DNA from: Telmatocola sphagniphila
GTDB taxonomy: Bacteria; Planctomycetota; Planctomycetia; Gemmatales; Gemmataceae
Direction: 5' to 3'
DNA: 32,000 nucleotides
Assembly: GCF_018398935.1 (NCBI RefSeq)
Contig: NZ_CP074694.1
Span: 3,390,001-3,422,000, forward strand
The position numbers and the translations under genes were made by a program. Shown here in pieces: positions 29,775-32,000 of this stretch; positions within the stretch are counted from its first letter, which is position 1, and the number at the start of each line of letters is the position of its first letter. The notes under the pieces are model-generated. The model was given only the letters and a program-made list of their open reading frames with translations. It was not told the DNA's origin and did no database searches.

Positions 29775-32000
29775 ATGTCCCCGTCTCTAAATGCCCACAC
29801 ACCCAAGCGCACTCGATCGGGCCCCTGGCGCAAGAAAATTGCCGTGGCGTTCAGCCTGGGACTCGGTTTATTCTCCCCTTCCTCCGCGCGCGCTACTGAT
29901 TACAGCTGGAACCTGGACGCCAACGGAATCTGGGATACCACCTCGTTGAACTGGACAGTGGCGGGCAGCGCCCCGACCACTTACACGAATCTGGCAGGCG
30001 ATACGATTTCCCTCGGGGATACCATTGCTCCGACGGCATTTCGCATTCTCGGGGTGGCCCCCGGCGGTATGACCACCGGCGGCATCACTTTCGGCAATAC
30101 CGGCAATTTCGGCTATACTCTCGGCACTGCGGGCACCAGCATCACACTCGACAACAACGGCTTGCCGGCAACCATCAGTGTGACGCGCGGTTCGATTGGC
30201 GGTTCGACGATCACCAATAGCAATCTGATCGTGGTGACTGACCTGAATATTGTCAATAATGGTGCTGTCGGAGTTACGGCTCTGAGTCTGATTGGAAGTA
30301 ATTCCAGTTTTATCGACCGAGCCACCTTCGGTGGTGTCGGGATCGGCACCATCACTTTTGATGGCCAGAGCAACACCTTACTTGACGGAGCCATCGGCGG
30401 CAACATTGCCGGAGGCATTGTAAAGAATGGAACCGGGACGGTTAGTTTCACCGGGAATGCCTCCGGGAACGCTTTTAGCGGTGATATTACGATCAATAAT
30501 GGCGTGCTGTCCATTTCGGGCGGCGATGGAACGCTGGGGAACTCCGCCAATAACATCATTTTTGGCACAAACTCCAGTGGTACTTTCCGTTTCGGAAGTT
30601 CGGCCACGCTGAATGCCAATCGCTCGGTGATTCTGAATGGCAACGGAAACATCGATCTGGCAGCCGGTGCGACAGGCGTTCTGCTCGGACCAATCTCGGG
30701 AGCGAATTCGCTTCTGGTGACCCAAACTGGCATCGGGAACTCGAGTACACTTCAGTTGCAAAATGCCAACCCGAACTTTACGGGCTCCGTTATTATCGGC
30801 GGGGGCACATCCGTTATCGGCAGCCAAGTTTCGAATGCCGTTTTTGGAAGTACTCCCGGGGCTATTCTGGAGTTGGCGGGAACCAGCGGTTCCCTAGCGA
30901 ACATCAGTGGCCTGACCTTGATGAACGGCGGCGGACTGACCATCACGCAACCGACAACGGGGACAGTAACGACGAGTCGACTTGCGACGGTACCTATCGT
31001 CTCTAATGGTGGTCGATTCCTCTACAACCCCGGTGCCAATAATGGCAACCAGATCGTAGATAATTTCGGCAGCCTTCAGCTGACCGGGTTAACGGTATTT
31101 ACTTCATCGATATTCACGGGCCCCGCCGCCGGTACCATCCTGAATTTTTCGAGCATTGATGCCGCAAATTATCGCGGTACCCTGCTTCTACAGGCGAATA
31201 CGGATCCTACCCAGGCCAGCTACGGATTTTTGGGCAATCCAAACGACTTGCCCAGTTCTACCAGCGTGAATATCAAATTTGGCAACGCAACGAACTACAT
31301 CATAAATGGTATCGTTCCCTTTGCGGCCTACACAGGAGCTCCTTCCGGAGCCAATAGCACATCGATTTTTAGTCCGGCCATTTATGGCAGTAATGGTTTA
31401 AGACCCCTCGCGGACAGCGATTGGACTAATGCATCTTATTCGTTCGCGGCCGCCAACCTTAGCGGCACGAAAAATTCGCAATGGACCGGTGGCACGGTGT
31501 ACGACGTGGGAGGAGTAAATTCTCTCTATGTACTCGGGAGTACCGTCTTTCAAAGCCCCGGAACTATTACTGTCACCAGCGGTTGGACCGGTTACAACTC
31601 GCCCACATATTTCTCCGGCTCTAACCTCTCTTTCGGCGGGGTGACCGGCTATTTCCATGTTTCGAATTCAGTCTACTTTACCAACACTTCCTCGCTCAGC
31701 GGCAGCGCAGGAATTGTCGTCAGTGGACTGGATACCGTTTACGGCTCACTGAATTTTTCGAACACGTCAAGCAACTCCTTCAGCGGCGGCCTATTCATCA
31801 ACGGCAACGCGTATGTGACCTTTACCAATGACCTGCAACTCGGTACCGTCAACGGCAATATCAACCTCGCGGGCGGAGCTCTAGTCTATGCCGGCTCCAA
31901 TTCGCAATCGCTCGGTAGTCTTCGAACGATCAATATCGGTCCCGCCGGGGGTAGCATTGGGAACTCAACGCCCAATACGACTTTCACAATCCCAGGTCTG
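29775..32000 (+). CDS. Giant secreted/surface protein with autotransporter-associated beta-strand (PATR) repeats; first 742 codons only, the gene runs off the window end
   Basis: Manual translation from ATG 29775 gives MSPSLNAHTPKRTRSGPWRKKIAVAFSLGLGLFSPSSARATDYSWNLDANGIWDTTSLNWT, a signal peptide. The frame stays open for 2226 nt to the window edge. PATR-like units recur (IVKNGTGTVSFTGNASGNAFSGDITINNGVLSISGG; LVTQTGIGNSSTLQLQNANPNFTGSVIIGGG). Composition is G/N/S/T-rich. It is absent from the ORF track because it has no stop codon. Confidence 0.85.
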   Translation, partial: MSPSLNAHTPKRTRSGPWRKKIAVAFSLGLGLFSPSSARATDYSWNLDANGIWDTTSLNWTVAGSAPTTYTNLAGDTISLGDTIAPTAFRILGVAPGGMTTGGITFGNTGNFGYTLGTAGTSITLDNNGLPATISVTRGSIGGSTITNSNLIVVTDLNIVNNGAVGVTALSLIGSNSSFIDRATFGGVGIGTITFDGQSNTLLDGAIGGNIAGGIVKNGTGTVSFTGNASGNAFSGDITINNGVLSISGGDGTLGNSANNIIFGTNSSGTFRFGSSATLNANRSVILNGNGNIDLAAGATGVLLGPISGANSLLVTQTGIGNSSTLQLQNANPNFTGSVIIGGGTSVIGSQVSNAVFGSTPGAILELAGTSGSLANISGLTLMNGGGLTITQPTTGTVTTSRLATVPIVSNGGRFLYNPGANNGNQIVDNFGSLQLTGLTVFTSSIFTGPAAGTILNFSSIDAANYRGTLLLQANTDPTQASYGFLGNPNDLPSSTSVNIKFGNATNYIINGIVPFAAYTGAPSGANSTSIFSPAIYGSNGLRPLADSDWTNASYSFAAANLSGTKNSQWTGGTVYDVGGVNSLYVLGSTVFQSPGTITVTSGWTGYNSPTYFSGSNLSFGGVTGYFHVSNSVYFTNTSSLSGSAGIVVSGLDTVYGSLNFSNTSSNSFSGGLFINGNAYVTFTNDLQLGTVNGNINLAGGALVYAGSNSQSLGSLRTINIGPAGGSIGNSTPNTTFTIPGL

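Noticed and set aside
30113-30946. Minus-strand ORFs of 206, 149, 64 and 64 aa
   Set aside because: All lie antisense inside the open PATR-repeat reading frame. They are Pro/Val/Ile-rich mirror translations of the G/N/T-rich repeats.
1-32000. Looked for mobile elements, prophage genes, toxin-antitoxin pairs, CRISPR-Cas, retrons or known defence-system genes
   Set aside because: I saw no integrase, transposase, recombinase, reverse transcriptase, terminal inverted repeats flanking a gene block, or direct repeats abutting the tRNA. The window reads as core chromosome.

Overview
This 32-kb window looks like ordinary chromosomal sequence from a PVC-group bacterium, most probably a member of the Planctomycetota. 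That assignment is an inference from a Pirellula/Verrucomicrobium-type heme-binding dehydrogenase-like protein, a giant autotransporter-repeat (PATR) protein, an ECF-like sigma factor and long spacers; I cannot verify it here. I support 23 protein-coding genes, one tRNA with a CAT anticodon, several terminator-like hairpins and some short repeats. Two genes are cut by the window edges and so are missing from the ORF track. Gene order, minus strand first: P-type ATPase (partial), cls, pgi, a 1150-aa multi-PAS hybrid histidine kinase, and the tRNA. Plus strand: hpf-ptsN-HPr-EI (a regulatory PTS), a DUF2344/TIGR03936 protein, and RNase E. Minus: SHOCT-PspC. Plus: the heme-binding dehydrogenase-like protein, a DUF116::polyprenyl-synthase fusion, a UbiC-like protein, a DUF2130 protein, and a hypothetical protein. 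Minus: a 620-aa polytopic membrane protein. Plus: two mcsA-like genes, mcsB, a VanZ-like gene, an ECF-like sigma factor, and the giant PATR protein (partial). I saw no transposase, integrase, phage gene, CRISPR array or recognisable defence gene. The observations most worth a second look are: (1) a protein-arginine-kinase module (McsA x2 + McsB) packed with a membrane protein and a sigma factor instead of CtsR/ClpC; (2) an RNase E whose S1 domain is split by a ~345-aa disordered insert bordered by nucleotide-level repeats, plus an RGG tail; (3) a histidine kinase N-terminus that aligns with the plant/cyanobacterial ethylene-binding domain, including the Cu-ligand Cys/His; (4) a Cys-rich DUF116 domain fused to a polyprenyl synthase with an altered second Asp-rich motif; (5) a sigma-like protein with a twin-arginine-type signal sequence, located upstream of the giant surface protein. 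All functional calls rest on motif recognition by eye and recall of family sequences. No database search was possible.
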